From the NCBI GenBank assembly GCA_963665125.2, contig CAXXUK010000001.1:896001-960000 (forward strand): a DNA stretch of 64,000 bases, written 5' to 3'. The stretch comes from an uncultured Desulfarculus sp. Lineage in GTDB: Bacteria; Desulfobacterota; Desulfarculia; Desulfarculales; Desulfarculaceae. The notes beneath the pieces were generated by a model. That model ran no database searches. It had not been told where the DNA came from and saw only the letters and a program-made list of their open reading frames with translations. Below are positions 29,432 to 38,559 of the stretch, piece by piece. A program made the position numbers and the translations under genes. Position 1 is the first letter of the stretch; every line of letters starts with the position of its first letter.

Positions 29432-30492
29432 TGGCTAAGCGAGTTCTGGTAAAGGGCAACGAGGCCATTGCCATGGGAGCCATCGCGGCGGGCTGCCGCT
29501 ATTATTTCGGCTATCCCATCACGCCTCAGAACGACATTCCCGAATACATGAGCGCCCATCTGCCCCCCATCGGAGGCACGTTCCTCCAGGCCGAGAGCGA
29601 GATAGCCTCCATCAACATGCTCCTGGGCGCGGCTTCAACCGGCGCCAGGGCCATGACCAGCTCTTCCAGCCCGGGCATCAGCCTCAAGCAGGAGGGGATC
29701 AGCTATCTGGCGGGCTCGGAGATCCCCGGCGTCATCGTCAACATGAGCCGCAGCGGACCGGGCCTGGGCGGCATCCATCCGTCCCAGGGCGACTATTTCC
29801 AGGCCACCAGGGGCGGCGGCCACGGCGACTACCGCACGCTGGTTCTGGCCCCGTCAACGGCCCAGGAAAACTACGACCTGACCGTGCTGGCCTTTGACCT
29901 GGCCGACAAGTACCGCAACCCGGTAATGATCCTGGGCGACGCCCTGATCGGGCAGATCAAGGAGCCGGTGGAGCTTAAACCCTACCGCAAGAACATGCCC
30001 CAAAAGGACTGGGCCCTGACCGGCAACGAGGGCCGCGACAAGCGCCTGCTCAAGTCGCTGTACCTGGCCGACGGCGAGCTTACCGAACAAAACTGGAAGC
30101 TGGCCAAGAAATACGCCCGCATGGCCAAGGAAGTGCGCTTCGAGGAATACGAGACCGACGACGCCGAGATGGTCCTGGTGGCTTTTGGTTCGGTGGGCCG
30201 CATCATCAAGACCTCGGTGGACATCCTGCGCGAAAAGGGCCGCAAGGTCGGGCTGCTTCGCCCCATAACCCTGTACCCGTTCCCCAGTCTGGCCGTGCGC
30301 CGGGCCGCCGAAAAGGCCGACTCGCTGATGGTGTTGGAACTCAACACCGGCCAGATGGTCGAGGACGTGCGTCTGGCCGTCGAAGGCGTGGCTCCGGTTG
30401 ATTTCTACGGCCGCCCGCCGGGCTCCATTCCCACGCCCGATGAACTGGCCAAGGAAGTGGACAAGGTCTGGAAGAAGAGGAGGGCGAAATGA
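29431..30492 (+). CDS. 2-oxoacid:ferredoxin oxidoreductase alpha subunit (VorB/branched-chain-type)
   Basis: KGNEAIA, GYPITPQ, QAESE, TSSSSPGISLKQE, RSGPGLG, QGDYFQ. Confidence 0.88.
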   Translation: MAKRVLVKGNEAIAMGAIAAGCRYYFGYPITPQNDIPEYMSAHLPPIGGTFLQAESEIASINMLLGAASTGARAMTSSSSPGISLKQEGISYLAGSEIPGVIVNMSRSGPGLGGIHPSQGDYFQATRGGGHGDYRTLVLAPSTAQENYDLTVLAFDLADKYRNPVMILGDALIGQIKEPVELKPYRKNMPQKDWALTGNEGRDKRLLKSLYLADGELTEQNWKLAKKYARMAKEVRFEEYETDDAEMVLVAFGSVGRIIKTSVDILREKGRKVGLLRPITLYPFPSLAVRRAAEKADSLMVLELNTGQMVEDVRLAVEGVAPVDFYGRPPGSIPTPDELAKEVDKVWKKRRAK

Positions 30493-31244
30493 GCGAGACA
30501 GCATTGAAGCAGGCATTCGACCGCCCCAAGGCGTTGCGCGACGTGCCCACCCATTTCTGCCCGGGCTGTCACCACGGCGTGATTCACCGCCTGGTGGCCG
30601 AGCAGATCGACGCCTTCGGCGTCCAGGGCAAGACCATCGGCGTGGCCAGCGTGGGCTGTAGCGTGTTCTTGTACGACTATTTCGACGTCGACGTGGTGGA
30701 AGCGCCCCACGGCCGGGCCGCCGCGGTGGCCACGGGCGTGAAAAGGGCCCGCCCCGACAACTTCGTGTTCACCTATCAGGGTGACGGCGACCTGGCGGCA
30801 ATCGGCACGGCCGAGATCGTCCACGCGGCCAACCGCGGCGAGAAGATCACCGTGGTCTTTGTCAACAACGCCGTGTTCGGCATGACCGGCGGCCAGATGG
30901 CCCCCACGACCCTGGAAGGCCAGGTCACCACCACCAGTCCCTACGGCCGCAAGGCCGAAGAGGCCGGACTGCCCATCCGCATGGCCGAGATGCTCTCCAC
31001 CCTGGAGGGCGTGGGCTTTGCGGCAAGAGTCGCGGTCAACGACATCAAGAACCTGCAAAAGGCCAAAAAGGCCGTCAAACGGGCCTTTGAGTATCAAACC
31101 AACGGCTGGGGCTTTTCCTTCATCGAGTTCCTGTCGGCTTGTCCCACCAACTGGAAGATGAGCGCCAAACAGGCCAACGAACACGTCGGCTCGCAGATGG
31201 CGGCCTATTTCCCGTTGGGTACTTTCAAGGACGTGCGCGGTTAG
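30489..31244 (+). CDS. 2-oxoacid:ferredoxin oxidoreductase beta (TPP-binding) subunit
   Basis: FCPGCHHG, GDGDLAAIG, NNAVFGMTGGQMAPTT, CPTNW. Confidence 0.92.
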   Translation: MSETALKQAFDRPKALRDVPTHFCPGCHHGVIHRLVAEQIDAFGVQGKTIGVASVGCSVFLYDYFDVDVVEAPHGRAAAVATGVKRARPDNFVFTYQGDGDLAAIGTAEIVHAANRGEKITVVFVNNAVFGMTGGQMAPTTLEGQVTTTSPYGRKAEEAGLPIRMAEMLSTLEGVGFAARVAVNDIKNLQKAKKAVKRAFEYQTNGWGFSFIEFLSACPTNWKMSAKQANEHVGSQMAAYFPLGTFKDVRG

Positions 31245-31263
31245 GCGCCAGCAGGAGCGATAT

Positions 31264-31812
31264 ATGTATTTTGACACCATTATCGCCGGGTTCGGCGGCC
31301 AGGGCGTAATGCTCATGGGCAACATGCTCGCCTACGCGGGCATGGAAGCCGGCAAACAGGTTACCTATATGCCGGTATACGGCGTGGAAATGCGCGGCGG
31401 CACGGCCAACTGCACCGTCGTGGTCAGTGAAAAGCCGGTGGGTTCGCCGGTCATCCACGAGCCGCTCACCGTGGTGGCCATGAACCGCCCCTCGGCCGAG
31501 AAATTCGGCCCCAGGGTCAAGAAAAAAGGCCATCTGTTTGTCAACGCCTCCCTGGTCGACCAGGAGCACATCGAAACCAAGGCCAAAAAGGTGACGTTCG
31601 TGCCCACCCTGGAATTGGCCCTGGAGATCGGCAACGACCGCCTCGGCAACATGATCATGCTGGGGGCCTTGGTCCAGGCCAGCGGCATCCTCAGCGTGGA
31701 TGACATCGTCAAGGCTTTGCCCGTGGCCCTGGATAAGCGCTACCACAAGATGATACCCATCAACACAGAGGCCCTGCGCCGAGGCGCGGCCTTTATGGTA
31801 GATGGCAAATAA
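31264..31812 (+). CDS. 2-oxoacid:ferredoxin oxidoreductase gamma subunit
   Basis: AGFGGQGV, YGVEMRGGTANC, NMIMLGAL. Confidence 0.92.
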   Translation: MYFDTIIAGFGGQGVMLMGNMLAYAGMEAGKQVTYMPVYGVEMRGGTANCTVVVSEKPVGSPVIHEPLTVVAMNRPSAEKFGPRVKKKGHLFVNASLVDQEHIETKAKKVTFVPTLELALEIGNDRLGNMIMLGALVQASGILSVDDIVKALPVALDKRYHKMIPINTEALRRGAAFMVDGK

Positions 31813-31873
31813 AAAGCTTTATCCCGGCGGTAATATGGCTATAATGTAGCTGTATTGCACACGGGAGCAGATC

Positions 31874-32572
31874 ATGGTTGCTGAAAAAGACGATAGACAC
31901 ATAAAACTTTTCTCCCGGGAAAACGGCGCCGACTCATCCAGCCACGGCCAGGATGACTATTTGCGCGGTGTGGAAAAGGTGGCCGGCGTTGAAGCCGAAA
32001 TGGTCGATGACACGCCCATCGGCGTCAGAATCAAGGCCTTGCGCGAGCAAAAGGGGCTTGATCTGAAAGATGTCGCCCAGCGAACCGGCCTCGCCCAGGC
32101 GGAGGTCTCGGCCATCGAGGCGGGGCAGACCAGTCCGCCCCTGGGAGTGCTGATCAAACTGGGCAAGGCCCTGGGCACCGAACTGGGCACCTTGTTCGCC
32201 ACGGGCCGCACGGTGCCGTACGTAATCGTCCGCCAGGCCGACCGCACGCAGATGCACCGCCGCCCGGCGGACCGCGACACAAACTACGGCTACTCTTACG
32301 AACACCTGGCCCAGGCCAAGTGCAACCGCACAATGGAGCCCTTTGTCGTCACCCTCAAGCCCAACACCGAGGTCAAACCGCCATCTTCCCATGACGGCGA
32401 GGAATTCATCTTCGTCCTCAGCGGCAGTATGGAAGCCCTGGTCGGTGACGCCACGGAAATTCTGGAACCCGGCGACAGCATCTACTACGACTCCAACGTG
32501 CCCCACCTGGTGCGCGCCTATGGCGACGAACCAACCCAGATCCTTGCCGTATTGACCAGCGGCGGTAAATAG
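31874..32572 (+). CDS. XRE-family HTH + cupin transcriptional regulator
   Basis: HTH IGVRIKALRE...IEAGQTSPPLGVL; cupin HDGEEFIFVLSG...GDSIYYDSNVPH. Confidence 0.9.
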   Translation: MVAEKDDRHIKLFSRENGADSSSHGQDDYLRGVEKVAGVEAEMVDDTPIGVRIKALREQKGLDLKDVAQRTGLAQAEVSAIEAGQTSPPLGVLIKLGKALGTELGTLFATGRTVPYVIVRQADRTQMHRRPADRDTNYGYSYEHLAQAKCNRTMEPFVVTLKPNTEVKPPSSHDGEEFIFVLSGSMEALVGDATEILEPGDSIYYDSNVPHLVRAYGDEPTQILAVLTSGGK

Positions 32573-32577
32573 AACTC

Positions 32578-32844
32578 TTGGGGGAAACCTTTTTCTTTTG
32601 TAGCCAAAAGAAAAAGGTTTCCCCCAAACCCCCTTCCAAAAAGAAAAGCGCATTGCGCCCCTGATTTGGCCAATGGCCAAATCAGGGGCGCCGGTTTTTG
32701 CTCGCAGGTGTGTATTCCATAACCAGACTTTACAAACCCGCCAAGCACGCAAAACACCGCGAAAGCATTTACGCCTCAGGCGGAAAAGGTTTCGCGGAAA
32801 AGTTTTTGCGGGGTTTGGGGGGCTTTTTTCAAAAAGCCCCCCAA
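32578..32844. repeat. Cluster of long palindromes (REP/REPIN-like)
   Basis: 23-bp perfect IR at 32578-32627, 18-bp perfect IR at 32655-32691, CCGCGAAA..TTTCGCGG hairpin at about 32756-32797, 14-bp IR at 32815-32844. Confidence 0.8.
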
Positions 32845-32848
32845 TAAA

Positions 32849-32891
32849 TTGACAACTGGTAATATCTATATCATAATCAGGTAATACCTGA
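32849..32891 (+). promoter_or_regulatory. Sigma70 promoter with FadR-type operator(s)
   Basis: TTGACA-17 nt-CATAAT; palindrome TCAGGTA-A-TACCTGA (32877-32891) over +1; degenerate AACTGGTAATATCTATA in the spacer. Confidence 0.7.
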
Positions 32892-32919
32892 AATCATACC
32901 AGGTCGGTTGTGAGGGTTT

Positions 32920-33630
32920 ATGGCCATAGAAAAAGACGGCAGGCGGCTGTCGGACATAGTTGAGGAAGAGCTGATACAGCGGATGGTTAGCGGCGTGTAT
33001 CCCGTGGGCGGGACGTTGCCTCTGGAGCGGGAATTGGCCGCCGAGTTGGGGGTGGGTCGTCCGACCTTGCGGGAGGCCATCCAGCGTTTGGAGCGCGACG
33101 GCTGGCTCAGTGTGCGCAAGGGCCAGGCCACCAGGGTCAATGACTATTGGCGCACAGGCAACATTAATATAATCGCCACATTGGCCCATCAGCCAAAGTT
33201 CGTTGACGACAGGTTCGTGCAATATCTTCTGGAACTGCGGGTGGCTCTGGCCCCGTTTTATATCAAGTCGGCCGTGCAGGCAAACGCGCCTCGGGCCGTG
33301 GCGGCCCTGGTGGATCACGAGCGCTTGGGCGACGATCCGGAAGAGTTCGCCCGGTTTGACTGGGGTTTGCAAAAAGCCCTGGCGGCCATCGCGCCAAACC
33401 CGGTGTACACCCTGATGCTCAATTCATTTGATCAGGTCTATATTCCCGCGGCCACTGAATACTTTGCCATACGGATGAACAGGGACAATTCCAGGCGCTT
33501 TTACCGGCGGCTGATCGAGGCGGCCATGGCGGGAAACCCGCAATTGGCCGAGGAAGTGGCCCTGGAGGTCATGAACACCGCTGCCGAGTCCTGGCGGGAA
33601 GCAAAACTACAAAGACAAGAGGCGGTCTGA
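32920..33630 (+). CDS. FadR-like (GntR family) fatty-acyl-CoA-responsive regulator
   Basis: [45 protein letters not shown] parallels E. coli FadR [54 protein letters not shown]. Confidence 0.82.
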   Translation: [236 protein letters not shown]

Positions 33631-35222
33631 TGAGACGTTGGAATGGTTGGGGGGACGAAACCGTTACTTTGGATGTTCCCCAGTCCGCTGTGGAATTTAT
33701 TCAATCCAAGCTGGGCAAGGGGCGGCCGGTTCGTGACGTGACCAGGGAAGAGGCCGTGGCGGCGGTGCCGCCGTCGCGACTGACTGACCACGCCCTGTTG
33801 GACAAGGACCCATACGGCCGCCTGCGTCACAGCATAGGCGAAAGCCTGCCCGATATGATCGCCGTGCGCGGCGGGAACATACCGGGCTATGTCGATGCCG
33901 TGGCCAATCCTGCCACTGACGATGAAGTGCGGCAGGTGCTGGGCTTGGCCAAGGATACCGGCGCGGCGGTTATCCCCTATGGCGGCGGCACCAGCGTGGT
34001 GGGCCACCTGGACCCCGGCGGCCTGGACCGTCCGGTGATCAGCCTGGACATGGGCCGCCACAGCGCCATGTTGGAGTTTGACGGCAAAGGCTGTCTGGCC
34101 ACCTTTGGGGCGGGCATTGCCGGGCCGGACATCGAGGCCAATCTGCGGGCCAAGGGCTTCACTCTGGGCCATTATCCCCAGTCGTGGGAGCTGTCGACCC
34201 TGGGCGGATGGGTGGCCTCGCGCTCCAGTGGGCAGTTTTCCCTGGGCTACGGCCGCATCGAGTCGCTGTTTATCGGCGGGGCCATGGAGACGCCCCTGGG
34301 CCGTTTGGAAATGCTGCCTCATCCGGCGTCCGCCGGCGGGCCCAGCGTCAAGGAGGCCGTGCTGGGCAGCGAGGGCCGCATGGGCGTGATCACCCGCTGC
34401 ACGGTGAAGATATCGCCTCTGCCCGAGGTGGAAGAGTTTTACGGCGCGTTTTTCCCGGACCAGGATAGGGCCATGGCCGCTGTGCGGGAGATGGCCCAGG
34501 CCGGCCTGAACCTGACCATGCTGCGCCTGAGCCTGCCCATGGAGACCGAGACTTCGCTGAACCTGAGCGGCGGCGGTCAGAGCATCGAGATACTCAAGAA
34601 ATATCTGGAGTGGCGGGGCGTGCGCCGGGATATGTGCATGCTGCTCTACGGCATCTGCGGGAGCAAGGTCCGGGCCCATTGGACCATCAAGGCGGCCAAG
34701 GCAATCATACGCCATCACGCCGGGGTGGGCGTGGGCCAGACGCCGGGCCGCAAGTGGCACAAAGACCGCTTCCGGTTGCCCTATGTGCGCAATAATCTGT
34801 GGGAACTGGGATATGCCGCCGACACCCTTGAGACTGCCGTGCCTTGGAAGGACGTAACCCGTACGGTGGGCGCCGTGGAAAAGGCCTTGCGCACCGGTTT
34901 GGAGCATCTGGGGGAAAAGGTGCATGTCTTTACCCATCTTTCGCATATCTACTCCAACGGCTCGAGCATCTACACCTCGTATGTCTTTCGTCTGGGCGCG
35001 GACCCGGCCGAGACCCTGGAGCGCTGGCGCATCCTCAAGACAGCGGCCAGCCGGGCCCTGGTGGAGTGCAGGGGCACCATCAGCCACCAGCACGGCGTGG
35101 GCCTGGATCACAAGCACTATCTGCCAGCCGAAAAGGGGCCTCTGGGTATGGACATCATCAAGGCCCAGTGCCGGGCCGTGGACCCGGAGGGCATGATGAA
35201 TCCGGGCAAGCTCTTTGACTGA
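33630..35222 (+). CDS. FAD-linked oxidoreductase, alkyl-DHAP synthase (AGPS)-like
   Basis: RRWNGWG, PYGGGTSV, GHYPQSWELSTLGGWVASRSSG, GSEGRMGVIT, SSIYTSY, ISHQHGVG, MMNPGKL. Confidence 0.85.
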   Translation: MRRWNGWGDETVTLDVPQSAVEFIQSKLGKGRPVRDVTREEAVAAVPPSRLTDHALLDKDPYGRLRHSIGESLPDMIAVRGGNIPGYVDAVANPATDDEVRQVLGLAKDTGAAVIPYGGGTSVVGHLDPGGLDRPVISLDMGRHSAMLEFDGKGCLATFGAGIAGPDIEANLRAKGFTLGHYPQSWELSTLGGWVASRSSGQFSLGYGRIESLFIGGAMETPLGRLEMLPHPASAGGPSVKEAVLGSEGRMGVITRCTVKISPLPEVEEFYGAFFPDQDRAMAAVREMAQAGLNLTMLRLSLPMETETSLNLSGGGQSIEILKKYLEWRGVRRDMCMLLYGICGSKVRAHWTIKAAKAIIRHHAGVGVGQTPGRKWHKDRFRLPYVRNNLWELGYAADTLETAVPWKDVTRTVGAVEKALRTGLEHLGEKVHVFTHLSHIYSNGSSIYTSYVFRLGADPAETLERWRILKTAASRALVECRGTISHQHGVGLDHKHYLPAEKGPLGMDIIKAQCRAVDPEGMMNPGKLFD

Positions 35223-35235
35223 TTAGGAGCGGACA

Positions 35236-36810
35236 ATGACCCGTGAACAAATAATTCAAGGCCTGGTTCAGCCATGGGACGTCGTGGTCATCGGCGGCGG
35301 CATCAACGGAGCCGGTGTCTTCAGCCGGGCGGCCGCCCAGGGCCTCAAGGTGTTGCTGCTGGAGCAGCGGGACTTTGGTTGGGGCACTTCCAGCCGTTCG
35401 GGCAAGATGGTCCACGGCGGCCTGCGCTATTTGTTGCAGGGCCAGCCCCGCACCACCTGGCATTCGGTCCACGAACGGGAAAAGCTACTGAGGCATTACG
35501 GCGGCCTGGTGGAGCATCTGGGCTTTTTGTTTCCCATGCCCAAGAAGCTGGCCCTGGCCAAGCCCGTGGTCCACGCTCTTTTGTCCGGCTATGAGCTGAT
35601 GGCCGGACGCCTGAGCTACAAGTTCCACAAGGGAGAGCGGTTTTCCCTGCTGGCCCCCCGGGTGGCCGCGACAAAGCTATGCGGCGGTTTTTCCTTCAGC
35701 GACGCTACGGCCGACGACGCCCGCTTGGTCTGGCGCGTGTTGCAGCGGGGCAAGGTGCTGGGCGGCGCGGCCCTGAACTATGCCGCGGTCCGGGAACTGA
35801 TTCGCGCGCCCCGCGGCGAGGTCCGGGGCGTGCTGGTCCAGGACATGCTCACCGGCAAGACCCATGAAGTGGCCGCCAGGGTGGTCATCAACGCCTCGGG
35901 GGCCTGGACCGATGACGTGCGGGCCCATCTGGGCCAACCGGCCCGGTTGCGCCGTCTGCGGGGCAGCCATATCGTGATTCCCCGCTGGCGTCTGCCCCTG
36001 AGCCAGGCCGTCGGCATCAAACATCCCACGGATGGCCGGTCAATGTATATAATGCCATGGGAGGGAGCGACCATGGTGGGCACCACCGATATCGACCACC
36101 ATGAGGATATCTATCAGGAACCGCATATTACGCCGGAAGAGGGCGATTATTTGCTGGAAGCCGTGGATTATTGGTTCCCGTCGGCCGGAATCGTCAAGTC
36201 TGACGTGATCAGCACCTTCTCCGGCGTGCGTCCGGTGATCAACACCGGCAAGGCCGACCCCTCGAAAGAGTCGCGGGACCACGCGATCTGGGATGAGGAC
36301 GGCCTGGTGACCATGACCGGCGGCAAGCTGACCACCTTCGGCATCGTGGCGGGCCAGGGCCTGGATGCGGCGGCCAAGTGGCTGCGGGGTTCGCACATGG
36401 TCGAAAGTGACGCCCGGCGGGCCTCGGACGACTACGACAGCCCCGGCGATGGCCAAATGGGCGATGACGCCTTCATGCGCCGCCTTAGCGGGCGATACGG
36501 CGCCGACGCCCCGGGCGTGGCCGTGCTGGCCGCCGAACCTGACGGCGGCCGCATAGGCGACACGTCGTTTTTGTGGGCCGAGCTGAAATGGGCGGCCCTG
36601 CACGAACAGGCGGTGAACCTGGAAGACATCATGCTGCGCCGCACACGGCTGGGCCTTCTGCTGCCTGGTGGCGGCAGGGACCTGATGGACAGGGTTCGCG
36701 CACAAGTGCAACAGGCCATGGGCTGGGACGACCGGCAATGGCAGGACCAGCAGCGGGCCTATCTGGACCTGTGGGACAGGGCCTACAGCCCTGGTCTGGT
36801 CGCCTGCTGA
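35236..36810 (+). CDS. Glycerol-3-phosphate dehydrogenase/oxidase (GlpD-like)
   Basis: IGGGINGAG, GTSSRSGKMVHGGLRYL, DDARL, GTTD, GGKLTT, RRTRLG. Confidence 0.88.
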   Translation: MTREQIIQGLVQPWDVVVIGGGINGAGVFSRAAAQGLKVLLLEQRDFGWGTSSRSGKMVHGGLRYLLQGQPRTTWHSVHEREKLLRHYGGLVEHLGFLFPMPKKLALAKPVVHALLSGYELMAGRLSYKFHKGERFSLLAPRVAATKLCGGFSFSDATADDARLVWRVLQRGKVLGGAALNYAAVRELIRAPRGEVRGVLVQDMLTGKTHEVAARVVINASGAWTDDVRAHLGQPARLRRLRGSHIVIPRWRLPLSQAVGIKHPTDGRSMYIMPWEGATMVGTTDIDHHEDIYQEPHITPEEGDYLLEAVDYWFPSAGIVKSDVISTFSGVRPVINTGKADPSKESRDHAIWDEDGLVTMTGGKLTTFGIVAGQGLDAAAKWLRGSHMVESDARRASDDYDSPGDGQMGDDAFMRRLSGRYGADAPGVAVLAAEPDGGRIGDTSFLWAELKWAALHEQAVNLEDIMLRRTRLGLLLPGGGRDLMDRVRAQVQQAMGWDDRQWQDQQRAYLDLWDRAYSPGLVAC

Positions 36811-36841
36811 TATTGACTGATTCATGAGGAGCAAAATTAGC

Positions 36842-38419
36842 GTGAGCGGCAAACGGCACGTGATGGCCATTGATGTGGGGACCCAAAGCACCAGGGCCTT
36901 TATCTTCAACGATAAGGGCGAAATAATGGCCTCGGCCCGCTCCATCTATGACCCAGCCTATGTTTCGCCCCATCCGGGCTGGGCCGAGCAGGATCCGGAC
37001 ATGTACTGGTACAAGGTTTGCCTGGTCTGCCGCCAGTTGTGGCAAAACAGCCCCGTGGCCCCGGATGACCTGGCTGCCGTGGCCCTGACCAGCCAGCGCA
37101 ACACTCTGATCAATCTTGATAAAGACAAAAAACCGCTACGGCCGGCCATCGTCTGGCTGGACCAGCGCCGGGCCAGCGACTTCAGCGCCATACCCCGCTG
37201 GCTGCGGGCCGCGTTTGGCCTGGTGGGCCAGGGCGCTACGGTGGATTACCTCATGGCCGAAGCCGAGGTGAACTGGATTCGGCAGCACCAGCCGGAAGTG
37301 CTGCGCCAAACCGCGCACATGCTCTTTTTGTCGGGGTATATCAATTACAAACTGTCGGGCAGGGTGGCCGATTCAGTGGGAAGCTGCGTGGGCTACGTCC
37401 CGTTTGATTATAAAAAGCTTACCTGGGCCGGGCCACTGTCCTGGCGCTGGCGGGCTCTGCCCATTGAGAAGCAGTGGTTGTTCGATCTGGTGCGGCCCGG
37501 AGAAGAGCTGGGCCGGATATCGCCCGGCGCGGCCGAAGCAACGGGCATTCCCCAGGGACTGCCCATCATTGCCGGCGCCTCGGACAAGGCCTGCGAAGTG
37601 CTGGGTTCGGGCTGCCTGGAGCCCCACCAGGCGGGCATAGGCCTGGGCACCACGGCGACCATCAACGTCAACTCCGACAAATATATCGAGCCGATAACCC
37701 TGCTGCCGCCTTATCCCAGCGCCAAGGCCGGATCGTACAATCTGGAAGTGCAGATCTACCGCGGCTTCTGGATGGTCACCTGGTTCAAGGAGCAGTTCGC
37801 CCAACTGGAGCAGGAGGCGGCCCGGCAGAGGGGAATAGCCGCCGAGGAACTGCTGGAGGAACTGGCTCTGGAGGTGCCGCCGGGTTCGCTGGGCCTTGTG
37901 TTGCAGCCGTATTGGAGCCCCGGCGTGCGTTTTCCCGGACCGGAGGCCAAGGGCGCCATTATCGGATTCGGCAGCGCCCACCACAAGCAGCATATGTACC
38001 GGGCAATGCTGGAGGGATTGGCCTACGCCCTGCGGGACGGCAGGGAGCGCATCGAGAAACGCACCAAAAAGCCCATTTCCGAATTATGGATAAGCGGCGG
38101 CGGTTCCCGCAGCGATCTGGCCATGCAGATTCATGCAGACGTGTTCAACCTGCCGGCAGCCAGGCCCCATGTGTATGAGGCCTCTGGGCTGGGCGCGGCC
38201 ATATTGGCGGCGGTTGGTTCGGGAGTGCACAACAATCTTGATCAGGCCGTGGCGGCAATGACCAGGAAGGGGCGCGTGTTCGAGCCCATAGGCCAAAACA
38301 CCCGCATCTATGACGAGATATACGACAAGGTTTACAGCCGTATGTATGGCCGGTTGAAGAAATTCTATAACCACCTTATGGAAATAACCGGCTATCCCAC
38401 GCCACCGGGCCAGGAATGA
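36842..38419 (+). CDS. FGGY-family carbohydrate/glycerol-type kinase (GTG 36842 or ATG 36824)
   Basis: IDVGTQS, GWAEQDP, SQRNT, WLDQR, YRAMLEG, SGGGSRS, GLGAAI. Confidence 0.9.
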   Translation: MSGKRHVMAIDVGTQSTRAFIFNDKGEIMASARSIYDPAYVSPHPGWAEQDPDMYWYKVCLVCRQLWQNSPVAPDDLAAVALTSQRNTLINLDKDKKPLRPAIVWLDQRRASDFSAIPRWLRAAFGLVGQGATVDYLMAEAEVNWIRQHQPEVLRQTAHMLFLSGYINYKLSGRVADSVGSCVGYVPFDYKKLTWAGPLSWRWRALPIEKQWLFDLVRPGEELGRISPGAAEATGIPQGLPIIAGASDKACEVLGSGCLEPHQAGIGLGTTATINVNSDKYIEPITLLPPYPSAKAGSYNLEVQIYRGFWMVTWFKEQFAQLEQEAARQRGIAAEELLEELALEVPPGSLGLVLQPYWSPGVRFPGPEAKGAIIGFGSAHHKQHMYRAMLEGLAYALRDGRERIEKRTKKPISELWISGGGSRSDLAMQIHADVFNLPAARPHVYEASGLGAAILAAVGSGVHNNLDQAVAAMTRKGRVFEPIGQNTRIYDEIYDKVYSRMYGRLKKFYNHLMEITGYPTPPGQE

Positions 38420-38559
38420 TTATTAGCTTCTTAAGTTAATGATAACAGTCTGTTAGTTAAAAAACGAAAACATATTTCTTGACAAATTAGAGAATTAACA
38501 CTAACTGTTAATTCATATATTAATTCGTAACCGGGCATGCCTGCCCGGTATGTCTTTGA

